A stretch of DNA of 64,000 bases from Mobula hypostoma (lineage: Eukaryota). Below the pieces are notes generated by a model, which worked only from the letters and a program-made list of their open reading frames with translations, ran no database searches and had not been told where the DNA came from. The translations under genes and the position numbers were made by a program. Where the stretch lies: NCBI RefSeq assembly GCF_963921235.1, contig NC_086109.1:16680001-16744000 (forward strand). Direction: 5' to 3'. Each line of letters begins with the position of its first letter. Position 1 is the stretch's first letter. Positions 11,300-25,059 of the stretch are shown in pieces.

Positions 11300-13143
11300 G
11301 TCAGGAATCAAAAGGTTGACCATGGTATATTTCAGTGCAAGAAGTAGTGTAGGAAAGGCAAATGAGCTTAGAGCATGAATCAACACATGGAATTATGATA
11401 TTGCAGCCATTAGTAGGACTTGTTGCAGGAAGGGCAGGACTGGCAGCTCAATATACTGGGGTTCCATTGTTTTAAACGTGACAGAATAGGATGGATTAAA
11501 GAGGGAGAGGTGATATTACTCGTCAGGAAAAATGTCACAGCAGGGCTCAGTCAGAACAGACTGGAGAACTCATCTAGTGAGGCTTTATAGGTGGAACAGA
11601 GGAATAAGAAGGGTATGACCAGGTTAATGGGACTATATTATAGAGCACCCAACAGTTCATGAGATTTAAAGGAACAAATTTGCAGAGAGATTACAGACTG
11701 TTGCAAGAAACGTAAGGATGATATCGTAGGTGATTTTAACTTTCTACATATTGACTGGGAATCCCATACTCTAAAAGACTAGATGGGATAGAGTTTCTCA
11801 AATGTGTTCAGGAACATTTCCTGAATCAGTCCATAGAAGTCCCAATGAGAGAGTGTGTGATACTTGATCTATTATTAAGGAATAAGACAGCGCAGCTGAC
11901 AGAAGTTTGTGTAGGGGAGCATTTTGGATCTAGTGGTCACAATGCCACTGGTTTCAAAGAAAACATGGAAAAAGATGTGTTTCGTCTTTGGGTTGAGAAT
12001 ATAAATAGGAGAAAGGCCAATTTTGGTGGTATGGGAACAGATCCAGCAAGTGCGGATTGAGACAGGCTATTTTCTGACAAAGGTGTGCTTGATAAGTGGG
12101 AGGCCTTACAAAGTGAATTTTAGAGAGTACAAAGCTTGTATGTGCCTGACAGAATAAAAGGTAAAGATAACAGTTTAGGGAACCTTGGTTTTCAAGAGAT
12201 ATTGAGGCCCTTGATAAGAAAAAAAGAAAGTGCATAGTAAGTCTAAGCTGGTGGGAACAATCGAGGGACTAGTGAAATATAAGAAATGCAAAAGAACACT
12301 AAACAAAGAAATCAGGAGAACTAAAGGAAGGCATGTGGTTGTCCTAGCAGACAAGCTGAAGGAGACTCTTAATAAATTCTACAGTTATGTTAAGAGTAAA
12401 AGGATTGTAAGGGATAATACCGTATTGATCTTCTGGAGGAGAAGAATGGTAATCTATGTGTGGAGCCAAAAGAGATGAGGGAGATTTTAAATGGAATTTT
12501 GCATTTGTGTTTACTCAGGAGATGGGCAGAGTCCATGAAAGTGAGGCAAAGCAGCAGCAAGGCCAAGGACCCTATACAGACTACACAGGAGGAGATGTTT
12601 ACTATCTTGAGGCAAGTTAGGGTGGATAAATCCCCAAGGGCCTGTCAAGGTGTTCTCTCAGACCCTGTGGGAGACAGGTGCAGAAATTTCCTGGGCCCAG
12701 GTAGATATATTTAAATTATCTAAGTTATAAAGAAAGATTTAAAAAGTTTGGACGTTATTTCTTGGAATGTAGAAGATTAAGAGGGGATTTGATAGAAGTA
12801 TATAAAATGATGAGTGGTATAGATAAGGTAAATGCAAGCAGGCTTTTTTCACTGAGATTGGGTGAGACTACAACTAGAGGTCATGGGTTAAGGTTGAAAG
12901 GTGAAAGATTCAAAGAGAACATAAAGAGAATCTTCTTCACTCAGGGGGTGGAACAAACTGCCAGCGCATGTGGTGCATGCAAGCATACATGTTTAAGATA
13001 AGTTTGGATAGGTACATGGATGGTAGAGGCATGGAGGGTTATGGTCCTGGCGCAGGACAATGGGAGTAGGCAGTTTAAATGGTTTGGCATAGACTAGATG
13101 GGCTGAAGGGCTTGTTTCTGTGCTGTAACTTTCTATGACTTTA
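11300..13143 (+). mobile_element. Older CR1 LINE: endonuclease region plus 3' end, RT core deleted
   Basis: APE-type motifs (gtaggtgattttaacttt = VGDFNF; ILDLLL; EHFGSSGHN), then VDKSP, then a jump near 12720 to the C-terminal RRLRGDLIEVYK and 3' UTR. Confidence 0.85.
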
Positions 13144-13395
13144 TGTTAGTGACCTTTGGAAAACTGTCCTAGGTCTTTCTGGGGGCAACCATCTTTGCAC
13201 TTGGGATGTTTATCTAGTGTCGAATATGCATCTAATAAGGTCATCAAACGTGCAGTGGTTTTTTCCTCGACTGCCAGCAAATTTACTACTAAAGATGCAA
13301 CCAATGACCTGCTTTGATAAATCACAGTAAAACAAGAGGCAAACACAGCAACAAATCAGTAGAGGGAAATGAGTTAAATGGTGCATGTTACATTT

Positions 13396-13624
13396 TGTAA
13401 CTCCAGAAAGTAATTGAAAGTAAAAAAAAACACAGGAGCTGAGATATTTGTATACTTAGTTTTTTCAGTGAGGCGCTCACATAGGATGAGGTGGCGTAAT
13501 GACGTATGACATTCAGATACTTCTTGCTATTAACCCATAATGAATTATGTAAACAAAGGAAGCTTAATCAAGCAATATATTCGCAGTACTACTCAAATAT
13601 TAGTGTAATATTGAATACACCGCA
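13396..13624 (-). repeat. 3' LTR of the Gypsy element (~229 bp)
   Basis: Minus strand PPT AGGGAGGAG is directly followed by TG(CGGTGTATTC) and the unit ends GGAGTTACA; TG...CA termini. Confidence 0.75.
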
Positions 13625-14502
13625 CTCCTCCCTGCTCAGCTATAAACTCCAACTCAATGTAGAATACATCTCAACCAATATATGTAAGATATTGCTCTCC
13701 AGTCATTATATATACACACACAGTATAGACTTTATAATACAACTACTATATACGGATATCCACAGCATTGTAAATTTTAAATTGTCCCATGCAGTCCTAA
13801 AGATTTAATCGTTGTTGAGGATTTCTTACACTTAATGACTTTCCTGACAAGGGGAGGTCACTCTGCTTGGCAGGTGAGACCTGTGGCTGTGAAACAATTT
13901 CAAGTCTTGGGGCTTCTTCCATGGTGGTTGTAGGAGTTGACTTTGGGACTGCAGGAAGTGGTTCTGACAGCTCTGCACACCTTTCTTCTCTAACAATTGA
14001 CTCTGCTCTCCTCAACTGACCGATGTGTTGTCTCCAGTTGATATCAGATGCAATCTCCACTGTGTAGGAGAGTGGTGGAGTTCTGCCCTTAATATTTCCA
14101 AGTACCCACTTTTGATCATCCCTGTAGTCTCTCACCAGGAATGGAACATCAAACCTCCTTGTTTGAGGAGCCTTCAATTTGTCTCAGCTGTTTGTCCTTC
14201 TGAGATTGGGTTTGAGGAGATCCAAGGTGATTGCAAGGGACCACCTAAGAAAGCATAGCTGGTGGGTTTTTGTTCATGGAATGTGCTGCATTGCAATACG
14301 CAAGGAGGACATTGGTGAGCTTCTAATTCAGTGTTGTGTGTTCTGCTGACATTTCTCACAGCGCATTCTTCAGACTTTGGTCAAACCTTGTCACAAAACC
14401 ATTGTATGGTGCACCTGCCTTATTCGATTCATTTTCAGGAATGACTGAAACTGTTCTGCAACAAACTGTGGTCCATTGTCAATGACTAAGTGTTCTTAGA
14501 TG

Positions 14503-15350
14503 CACTCTTGGCAGATGCAATTTAATGTCGGTAAATGTGAGGTTATCCACTTTGGTGGCAAGAACAGGAAAACAGATTATTATCTGAATGGTGGCCGATT
14601 AGGAAAAGGGGAGGTGCAACGAGACCTGGGTGCCATTGTACACCAGTCATTGAAAGTGGGCATGCAGGTACAGCGGGCGGTGAAAAAGGCAAATGGTATG
14701 TTGGCATTTATAGCAAGAGGATTCGAGTACAGGAGCAGGGAGGTTCTACAGCAGTTGTACAAGGCCTTGGTGAGACCACACCTGGAGTATTGTGTGCAGT
14801 TTTGATCTCCTAATCTGAGGAAAGACATTCTTGCCATAGAGGGAGTACAAAGAAGGTTCACCAGATTGATTCCTGGGATGGCAGGACTTTCATATGAAGA
14901 AAGACTGGATCAATTAGGCTTATACTGACTGGAATTTAGAAGATTGAGGGGGGATCTTATTGAAACGTATAAAATTCTAAAGGGATTGGACAGGCTAGAT
15001 GCAGGAAGATTGTTCCCGATGTTGGGGAAGTCCAGAACGAGGGGTCACAGTTCAAAGATAAAGGAGAAGCCTTTTAGGACCGAGATGAGGAAGAACCTCT
15101 TCACACAGAGATTGGTGATGCGGAATTCTCTGCCACAGGAAACAGCTGAGGCCAGTTCATTGGCTATATTTAAGAGGGAGTTAGATATGGCCCTCGTGGC
15201 TAAAGGGATTGGGGGTATGGAGAAAAGACAGGTACAGGGTTCTGAGTTGGATGATCAGCCATGATCATACTGAATGGCGGTGCAGGCTCGAAGAGCCGAA
15301 TGGCCTACTCCTGCACCTATGTTTCTATGTTTCTATGTTTCTATGTTTCT
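14503..15350 (+). mobile_element. Young CR1 LINE, 5'-truncated, inserted in Gypsy integrase
   Basis: WQMQFNVGKCEVIHFG...RPHLEYCVQF; tail (TTTCTATG)n; near-identical to 20791 and 48366 copies. Confidence 0.93.
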
Positions 15351-15949
15351 GGGACACCAGTTCTTGAGAAGGGGCTTCTAAACACATCAGCAATGTGTGA
15401 GGCTGTAGTGGAGGCTATTGGAAACATTTATGACCATGTTGGAGCTGCATCCACTAATATCAAGACATTTTTGCCCATGAATGGTCCGGCAAAATCCACA
15501 TGGATCCACTGCCAGAGCAATGCAGGGATGAAGGGGTGCTGCTTTTGGCATCTTCTAGATGTGGTGGCATCCCAAACAGTGCATGACAAACTGTTCCATC
15601 TGCTGATCTTTCCCAAGACACCAGACATAGCATCGAGCCAACACCTTCATTTTTATCATGCCTAAATGACCAGCACGTAGCACTTTAGCTCTCAGATTGG
15701 ATGGTACGACAACTCTCAATTCCCACATAAGTCAACCCCTGTTTAGGGCAGGCTCGTCTCGAAATTGCTGAGCTGGAATCTCAGCTGCACGTTCCAGCCA
15801 TTTTGGTTGCCAGGTAGATCTGAGGCTGTGTGGGATCTTTTCTGGTTTCCCTCTGCTATAATGGGGGGACTTTTGATTTGTATTAGGGAGATTATGTTGA
15901 GGGGAGTGTCCTCTTTTGTAAATTTTTCAGGTATTCCCTTTTCCAAGAG

Positions 15950-16145
15950 TTGTTGTGCCTCTTTGTGCCTTCGTGCGGCAACTTTGCCATTTCTTTTGCA
16001 TTTTTGTGTTTTTTTTACGAGGCGGAGTTGCGAGCTCGAAACTCAGCCCAGCACAGGTGGAAAGTGTGCAGGGAGCTGGCCCGGTTCGAACCCAGGACCA
16101 CTCGCCTTGAAGTCCGATGTGAATGCCACTACACCACCGGCTGGC
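15950..16145 (-). mobile_element. Short tRNA-derived SINE inserted in Gypsy pol
   Basis: A box TGGTGTAGTGG, B box GGTTCGAACC, CAACAA tail; imperfect 11-bp TSD TTTTCCAAGAG (15939-15949) / TTTTCCGAGGG (16146-16156). Confidence 0.85.
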
Positions 16146-16495
16146 TTTTCCGAGGGTAAATACATCAGCACTTCCATGATTAGTTGTCCTCTTGAATTCC
16201 ATCTGGTAATTGTGTCCTCCCAGAAACAGAGCTCATCTCTGCATTGGTGCTCCTGCCGTCAGCGGAACACCCTTCTGTGGAAAATGGATACTAGTGGGTG
16301 ATGATCAGTAATGAGGTGAACTCTCTCCCATACAAGTACCATTCAACCATTTTACACCCCAAACCAGACTTAAGGCCTCTCTGTCAATCTGTGTGTAGTT
16401 TTTCTCTACGGCAGTAAGAGAAGGCGATGCAAAGGCTATAGGGCATTCCCTTCCATTACTCATTACTTGTGACATAACTGCGCCAACACCATAGG

Positions 16496-17007
16496 CACCA
16501 GATTACAGGAAGGATATTAATAAGGTTGAAAGAGTGCAGAGAAGGTTTAAAAAAGATGTTGCCGGGACTTGAGAAACTCAGTTACAGAGAAAGGTTGAAT
16601 AGGTTAGGACTTTATTCCCTACAGCATAGAAGAATGAGGGGAGATTTGATAGAGGTATATAAAATTATGATGGGTATAGATAGAGTGAATGCAAGCAGAC
16701 TTTTTCCACTGAGGTAAGGGGAGAAAAAAACCAGAGGACATGGGTTAAGGGTGAGGGGGGAAAAGTTTAAAGGGAACATTAGGGGGGGCTTCTTCTCACA
16801 GAGAGTGGTGGGAGTATGGAATGAGCTGCCAGACGAGTTGGTAAATGCGGGTTCTTTTTTAACATTTAAGAATAAATTGGACAGATACATGGATGGGAGG
16901 TGTATGGAGGGATATGGTCCGTGTGCAGGTCAGTGGCACTAGGCAGAAAATGGTTCGGCACAGCCAAGAAGGGCCAAAAGGCCTGTTTCTGTGCTGTAGT
17001 TTTTCTA
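16496..17007 (+). mobile_element. CR1 LINE 3' fragment (second subfamily) inserted in Gypsy RNase H region
   Basis: LPGLEKLSYRERLNRLGLYSL...RGDLIEVYK...FFSQRVVGVWNELP; Gypsy sequence continues on both sides. Confidence 0.9.
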
Positions 17008-18550
17008 TCACAGGTAAGCTTCTCTAGACGATGTGGATGATAATGTGTGAGTACAGTGCCTGATGTCACTATTTCCTTTCTCTTTTGGAAAGCCACCTCA
17101 CACAGCTTTGCTCTTGTCAATTCTCCCCAATCTATAGTAATGAGGTAAAAGGGGTGGAGCGCAGTAGCCAGGTTCTGCAGGAACCTGTTATCATAATTAA
17201 CAAATCAAGAAAAGGACCACAATTGTGACACATCCTTTGGCCTTGGAGCATCCATCACTGCTTGAATTTTCTCTGCATACTTGTGTAAATCTTGTGTGTC
17301 AATGGTGTGACCACTGTAATTGATGATTGGTTTAAAGAATTCACAATTATCATGTTGTGCTCTGAGCCCAATATTGTCTATTTTAAACTGTCCTGAGATT
17401 TTGGAAATGTTCCTTGTCATCCTCACCAATGATGTCATCCAGGTAATAATGAGTGCTTGGGCAGCCTTGTAGCACTTGTTCCATAGCTTTCTGCCAGAGC
17501 GCAGGTGCAAATCCTACTCCAGAATTAATCCTATGACATTGATAAAGCCTTTTGTGAGTGCTTATAGTGAGAAACACTTCGGACTCTTCTTCCATCTCCA
17601 TCTGTAGGTTAGCTTCAGCTAAGTCCACCTTGCTCAAGGTGTGCCTCCAGAAAGGTTTGCAAAGATATCATCTATTTTGGGCAGACGTTATTGATCTACT
17701 TTCAGTACTGAATTGATGGTGACCTTAAAGTCACCACAGATATTGACGGACCCATTTTTCTTGGCTACTGGGACCAGGACCACTGGTGTTGTCCATGGGA
17801 CCCACTCAAGCTTGAAAAGAATTATTTCAGCCTCCATGTAACCTATCTCACTTGCTACTTTATCATGGATAGTATAAGGGACTGGACAGGCTTTGTAAAA
17901 CTGGGTTGTTGCATTTTCATTCAACACTATTTTACCCTTGACACATTTGAGTTTTCCAATCCTATCCCTGAACTTTGCCGTGGCTTCATCCAGTAACTTC
18001 CTTAATTTGCTTTCAAGTGACCCAATTGTAGTGGATATGGCATGCAAATCATGGATGGATTTCCAATCGTTGTATTTGTCTCAGCCATTCATGACCCCAC
18101 AGTGCTGAATCTCCAGTTTTTACCACATACTAGTCCAATGTGGTTGGTTGGTTGATTGTTATATTTCACTATTACTAATGTCATTCCCTCAGGAATTATC
18201 TTTTCTCCAGTATAAGTTCTTAGTTGGATATCTGCAAGCTTCAGTTTAGAATTTTTGAAATGACGTTCAAACTCATTTTGTGAAATAACTGGAACACTCT
18301 AGTTAATGTTCAATTCCATTTTAATTAATTTGCCATTCATTTCTGGTATAAGCTGAATAGCTTGTCTCCTGTTGGTTTTCACATTGTAAACCTCAAGGCT
18401 ATCCAGTCCTTTGTCACTCTCATCATTATCAGATTTTTCATCATCAGCTTGCAGATTAGTGCTCTTTTTGAAACTGCAACTTGATTTTTTACCTTTTTCT
18501 CTTCCCTGTGCAGTCCATTTATTTTTGTCTGCCTGACATGCTCTTTGTAT

Positions 18551-18738
18551 TGATTTGAATTGACTGTATTACTTGCATCCTTCATATGCATGAGTAAAAA
18601 TCTTTGTGTAACATCTCCGTCCAAATGTACAATGTGCAATTTATAGTAATTTATAATAAATAGTATTTACAACAGGACAGTCAATAAAACATAGAAATAC
18701 AGCGTGTCAGCATGAATTAAGCAGTCTGATGGCCTGGT
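18551..18738 (-). mobile_element. Rex1/Babar-type 3' end inserted in the Gypsy gag zinc knuckle
   Basis: Minus CCAGGCCATCAGACTGCTTAAT (QAIRLLN) plus 3' UTR; splits gag KYNKVG from IQRAC. Confidence 0.7.
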
Positions 18739-20790
18739 CTATCCTACTTTGTTGTATTTTCTGTAAGTGTCACCTTTAAGCCTGCATTGGTCTGGTGTAT
18801 GTCAGCTCCTGCCACAATGGTAACACAATTTGTTTGGCCTGGATGGTTTCTGTGTCAATATTGCAATTTTGTGCATGTCAGCTGAGCTGTGGGATAAGCT
18901 GTGGTTATGTTAATCATGTAGTTTATTGCTGTATTAACAAAGTTTGAATTGGCTTACCTTCAGGTATCTCAGCACTGATTGAGATTGAGTTGTTCTCGAA
19001 AAATCAACAATCCCGACTCAAACACAAAGAGTGGGTGGTCCATTCTAATAGAGCAGTGCCTGAGGTCCATCTGTCAGAAGGAATGCTAAACTGAGACCCC
19101 ATATGCTTCCTTGGGAAAATAAAGGTATCGATCCATCATCAGCTTCTCCCCATTCATCAAAGGTCAGAAGCCTTCAGCTGGTATGATTGTCTGGGCAAAG
19201 AATTTTTTTATCAAATTAAACAACTATATTGATCTCAGAGAAGAAAGAAATGAGGAAGAGAATGCAGACCCTGATAGGGTTTATTTTTTCTGTCACTGTG
19301 GTTAGGGTACAAGTCAAGCACCTACATCAAAACAAACATTGCAATATTAAGAATTTAATAAATAGAAGTAGTAGTTGTTTACATAGTCCCTTGAGCCTCT
19401 TCTGTCATCCTGAGAGATAATGCGATCTGATTTTGGTCTTTGTCTACTTCCTTGCTTGTTTCCCTGTGGCCTTTAGTTCAGCAAACTACCCATCTCGTTC
19501 CTGAATATATCCAAAATCTCCACAGTTCTCTGAGATGGAGAATTTCAAGGTCTCACCTTCGTATAAGTGTGTGACAGCTTTTCCGAACACGATGCCCCCC
19601 AGTTCTGAATTCTGTCACAAAGGCAAACAGACACTCAGCAGCTATACTTCAGAACTTTAACTGTTTCATTACAATCACTTCTCATTCTTCTGAATGCCAG
19701 TGAGTTTAAGATAGAGAAGGCTGTTGTTCCTAAAATGTAAAGTGTTCTTTTAATTCTTCCTTAGGTGTAAGTACTGCTCGAAGGGCTGCCATTCATTCTC
19801 TGTCTCTTGTTACCCATCAGAAGGTGGTGTCGGGCAGTTATCCTGGACTGTGCAGTGAACAGATAGATTCTGCCAATAACCACCCTCTTGAATTTATATC
19901 TTGATGGTCAAACACTTGTCCTCCTGCTGAATAAAGATAAGTGAAGCAAAACTATAGATACAGCAATGATCATTGGGAATCCGATTAGGTACAAGGTTTG
20001 AACAATTCATAGAGTAAATTATTTCATTCATATCTGAATAATTCATTTTTAATATTAGCATTTTAATATTAATATTTATCATTCAATGTACATTTCTTGT
20101 GTAAAAACATTTATGGAAGCCATTGAATATTAATCCTTCAATTTTGGCTTGAACAACACAGCTCTCTCTATTACTGGAAGAAAAATTTTTGGTGCCACCT
20201 GACCAATGTAATTAATGATTTACTATTCGATACATTATTTATGCATCTATATAATTGATTGTGTTTGTATTATAATCAGCATGATGTCCTTTAATATTAT
20301 ATATCTCTTTTATGTTTGCTGATGACACTAAAATTTGAGGAATTGTTGATCGTGAGAAAGGTTATCTTAGGCTATCTGACAATTTTAATGAATTGGTAAA
20401 ATGGACAGAGCAATAGCAGATGAACATTAATCCAGATAGGCATTAACTAATACATTTTTGAGAATTAATAGTTAATATGAAGAATGGCCGGGTCTTAGGG
20501 AGGGACCTCAGTGTAGAAATCCAAGGATCCATGAATATCATGAGCCCTGTTGACCTCTTTGGTGGTGTACTACAGAGCTTTGGGCTTCTAGGTTTCTCGA
20601 GCACTTGCACTTACTGATTGTTGTCTTAACTAGAGTCGTTAAGCCCTTGTTCTTTCTGTTTCATCTTGTCAAGTTAAATGTGACTGGCACGGGTTTTCTG
20701 CTTTTTAATGTGGACTCCTGTTTAGCGCTCATTGGGAGTCCTTGTGTTGAGAATGATTGGTTTCACAGTGTCTCTCAGTCATTGCTGCAC

Positions 20791-22870
20791 CATAGAAACA
20801 TAGAAAATAGGTGCAGGAGTAGGCCATTCGGCCCTTCCAGCCTGCACCGCCATTTATTATGATCATGGCTGATCATCCAACTCAGAACCCTGCACCAGCT
20901 TTCCCTCCATACCCCCTGATCCCCGTAGCCACAAGGGCCATATCTAACTCCCTCTTAAATATAGCCAATGAACTGGCCTCAACTGTTTCCTGTTGCAGAG
21001 AATTCCACAGATTCATCACGCTCTGTGTGAAGAAGTTTTTCCTAATCTCAGTCCTAAAAGGCTTCCCCTTTATCCTCCAACTGTGACCCCTCGTTCTGGA
21101 CTTCCCCAACATCGGGAACAATCTTCCTGCATCTAGCCTGTCCAATCCCTTTAGGATTTTACACGTTTCAATCAGATCCCCCCTCAATCTTCTAAATTCC
21201 AATGAGTACAAGCCTGGTTCATCCAGTCTTTCTTCATATGAAAGTCCTGCCATCCCAGGAATCAATCTGGTGAACCTTCTTTGTACTCCCTCTATGGCAA
21301 GGATGTCTTTCCTCAGATTAGGGGACCAAAACTGCACACAATACTCCAGGTGTGGTCTCACCAAGGCCTTGTACAACTGCAGTAGTACCTCCCTGCTCCT
21401 GTACTCTAATCCTCTCGCTATAAATGCCAGCATACCATTCGCCTTTTTCACCGCCTGCTGTACCTGCATGCCCACTTTCAATGACTGGTGTATAATGACA
21501 CCCAGGTCTCGTTGCACCTCCCCTTTTCCTGATCGGCCACCATTCAGATAATAATCTGTTTTCCTATTTTTGCCACCAAAGTGGATAACTTCACATTTAT
21601 CCACATTAAATTGCATCTGCCATGAGTTTGCCCACTCACCCAACCTATCCAAGTCACCCTGCATTACTTAGCATCCTCCTCACAGCTAACACTGCCGCCC
21701 AGCTTCGTGTCATCCGCAAACTTGGAGATGCTGCATTTAATTCCCTCATCCAAGTCATTAATATATATTGTAAACAACTGGGGTCCCAGCACTGAGCCTT
21801 GCGGTACCCCACTAGTCACTGCCTGCCATTCTGAAAAGGTCCCGTTTATTCCCACTCTTTGCTTCCTGTCTGCCAACCAATTCTCTATCCACATCAATAC
21901 CTTACCCCCAATACCGTGTGCTTTAAGTTTGCACACTAATCTCCTGTGTGGGACCTTGTCAAAAGCCTTTTGAAAATCCAAATATACCACATCCACTGGT
22001 TCTCCCCTATCCACTCTACTAGTTACATCCTCAAAAAATTCTATGAGATTCGTCAGACATGATTTTCCTTTCACAAATCCATGCTGACTTTGTCCGATAA
22101 TTTCATCGCTTTCCAAACGTGCTATTATCACATCTTTGATAACTGACTCCAGCAGTTTCCCCACCACCGATGTTAGGCTAACCGGTCTATAATTCCCTGG
22201 TTTCTCTCTCCCTCCTTTTTTAAAAAGTGGGGTTACATTAGCCACCCTCCAATCCTCAGGAACTAGTCCAGAATCTAACGAGTTTTGAAAAATTATCACT
22301 AATGCATCCTCTATTTCTTGGGCTACTTCCTTAAGCACTCTGGGATGCAGACCATCTGGCCCTGGGGATTTATCTGCCTTTAATCCCTTCAATTTACCTA
22401 ACACCACTTTCCTACTAACATGTATTTCGCTCAGTTCCTCCATCTCACTGGACTCTCTGTCCCCTATTATTTCTGGAAGATTATTTATGTCCTCCTTAGT
22501 GAAGACAGAACCAAAGTGATTATTCAATTGGTCTGCCATGTCATTGCTCCCTATAATCAATTCACCTGTTTCTGTCTATAGGGGACCTATATTTGTCTTT
22601 ACCAGTCTTTTCCTTTTTACATATCTATAAAAGCTTTTACAGTCAGTTTTTATGTTCCATGCCAGTTTTCTCTCATGATCTTTTTTCCCCTTCCTAATTA
22701 AGCTCTTTGTCCTCCTCTGCTGAACTCTGAATTTCTCCCAGTCCTCAGGTGAGCCACTTTTTCTGGCTAATTTGTATGCTTCTTCTTTGAAATTACTATC
22801 CCTAATTTCTCTTGTCAGCAATGGGTGCACTACCTTCCTTGATTTATTCTTTTGCCAAACTGGGATGAAC
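20791..22870 (-). mobile_element. Young CR1 LINE, 5'-truncated, near-intact RT (one stop, one frameshift)
   Basis: ORFs 22576-22887, 21664-22560 ([44 protein letters not shown]) and 20882-21664; 3' tail at 20791. Confidence 0.96.
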
Positions 22871-23100
22871 ACCACCCAGCAACTCACCCATTTAACACTG
22901 GCCTAATCATAGGACAATCTACTGTGACCTATTAACCCACCAACTGGTATGTCTTTGGACAATGGGAGGACACCAGAGCAACCGGAGGAAACCCACGCAG
23001 TTCACGGGCAGAATGTACAAACTTCTTAAAGACAGTTCGGAACTGAACTCCGAACCCCAGAACACCCCAGCTGTAATAGTGTCGCGCCAATCACTACGCC
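22871..23100 (-). mobile_element. V-SINE-type SINE abutting the CR1 5' truncation
   Basis: Reverse-complemented V-domain (ccggaggaaacccacgcagttcacgggcagaatgtacaaact). Confidence 0.75.
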
Positions 23101-23204
23101 CAACATGCATAAGCGTATCCAATTTGTTGTCATCTTTGAGTTGACGTCGGCTAAATCTTATTGTACACACCTTGGCACCAGATTTCTAGCCAGTATTCAT
23201 GGCC

Positions 23205-23512
23205 TACCATTTATTTTAAAAACAAATTCTATTAATAATAAATTATATATACAAAAGGAAAGAAGAGCAAAACCTTTTACATTCTTAGCTTCATTGCGTC
23301 AATACATTCAGAAGCACTGACATTTTTCAGTATTGCTTCATTGCCACTCACGTGGCCCCCTAGGACGATACACCATTTTGTCGTCTGAGGGGCATCCCCA
23401 CCTGACTCAGCCCCTCAACGTCACGTAGCAGAAGGACTCTTGGCTGTGGAACCTTCCCCACAGAGCTTTTGTGATGGCTGCACCAAGCTTCCCGTGATTA
23501 GACTTCAAGCGT
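23205..23512 (-). mobile_element. Probable Tx1/L1-type LINE 3' relic
   Basis: Minus KLGAAITKALWGR resembles remembered Tx1-like ORF2 termini, followed by an A/T-rich 3' end. Confidence 0.4.
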
Positions 23513-25059
23513 GCTCCATCAGCTGTAAAGTCTTTTGGGACGTCCTGAGGGTGTAAACGGTGCAAGCCATGCTCTCCGTATTCCAGGGAGTCAGACATGA
23601 TCGTTTAATCCTTACCATTATTATTAGTATGTTAGCTGATTACACATTGTGGTGTTGTGCAAAGCTCAATGGGATGTAGCATCATTTTCCTTGCTGGAGA
23701 TTTCTTAGTGCTTGGAGATTAAAAGAGGATACAGTTCCAACTATCATCCACACTCTCCTATTGTTTCCCTATCTGCATCTTGCAGTATTTTCTGCCATGG
23801 ACTCTTCCCCCCCGCCCCCCTTCCAGGCCTGTGATTTTCTTTCACAGTGTGTGGATTATCTATTTAGCCCCAGTTCATCAGTCACATTTAATCCTGTTCC
23901 CAATGCACCATAGTGCCAGCTGATGTCTCCTCCCTGGAACAAAGATTAGTATTTACATAGCCACTTTCAGTCGCAAAATGTCTGCTGAACTGATTCCTTA
24001 ACCTACAGGCTCACTTTCAAGGACTCTACAATTCATGTTCTCAGTATTTTTTTTCTGTACAATTTGTCTTTTGCACATCGGTTGTTTCTCAGTCTTTGTT
24101 CATCTAGTTTTTCAAAAAATGTATTGCATTTTGAAAATTTTCCTGTAAATGCCTGCAAGAAAATGAATCTCAAGGTAGTATATGGTAATGTACACTGTAT
24201 ACAACAAGGTACAAGGTGGTATATGATAACATATGCCATATATACTGTGATAATATGTTAGCTTTAGCTAAAATGTCCCTTGGTGCTTGACAAAGAAAAA
24301 ACATTACGACAGTATGTAAATAACCATAAATTTGGTTAAAGACAGACATGTCTTTAAAATGGGGAGAAGTGGAAAGGTTTGTGAAGAAACTAATTAAGTT
24401 TATAGTTAGAGCAGCTGAAGATTTAACTGGCAAGGGTTGAGCGATTGAGTGTGACAATAACGGGAGGAACACACTTTTATATATCAGATGTCTTAGGTAC
24501 CAGGGCAGGGCCATCTGAAGTACCAGCTGACAGAGACAGCATAAGGAAATATCTAAGTAATCTCAGATCAGTTTCTGGGTCATTGTACTCTCGATCAAAT
24601 CTCTGGTAGTAAGACACTTAAGCAAATTAGCCTGTGATAATTTTATTAGCCAGCTTATATGTGACAGATGTGGCAAAATTTCTATTCCTTATGGAATCCT
24701 TATAAGACGTTATTTTAACGTAGTGGTTAGCATCAAGCATAACAGGCCATTGACACAATTTCAATTCCTACCGCTGTCTGTAAGGATTTGTACATTCTCC
24801 ACATGACCATGTAGGTTTCCTCTGGGTGCTCCGGTTTCTTCCCAAATTTCAAAGACGCATGGGTTAGTGGTCATGCTGTGGTGGTACAGGAAGTATGGCC
24901 AACACTTGTGGACTACCTCCAGTACTTCTGAGTGTGTTGGTCACTCACAGTATGTTTCAATGTTTCGAGGTGCTTGTGACAAATAAAGGAAATCTTTAAT
25001 CTTTAAAGGATTATAGAGCAATACAGCACATAAATAGGCCCTTCTTCCCACTAGTCCAT

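Larger units (their letters stand above)
13396..18875 (-). mobile_element. Gypsy/Ty3 LTR retrotransposon, decayed, 5'-truncated, with nested insertions
   Basis: Minus order: gag zinc knuckle CYHCGRS*HTPDQC (18785-18830), protease region, RT (ICGDFKVTIN, KVDLAEANLQ, YYLDDII), RNase H, integrase (WQWIHVDFAGPFMG, DNGPQF), VRDYR C-terminus, PPT, 3' LTR. Confidence 0.92.

Noticed and set aside
18958..19020. Strong minus donor AAG|gtaagc
   Set aside because: No convincing acceptor upstream and it abuts a SINE relic; exon cannot be defined
18875..19500. Searched for the Gypsy 5' LTR and PBS
   Set aside because: No match to 13396-13624 found; the element is truncated
21270..21973. Recurrent ORFs MNLLCTPSMARMSFLRLGDQ (also 14580, 48290) and [10 protein letters not shown]
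   Set aside because: Antisense shadows of CR1 ORF2
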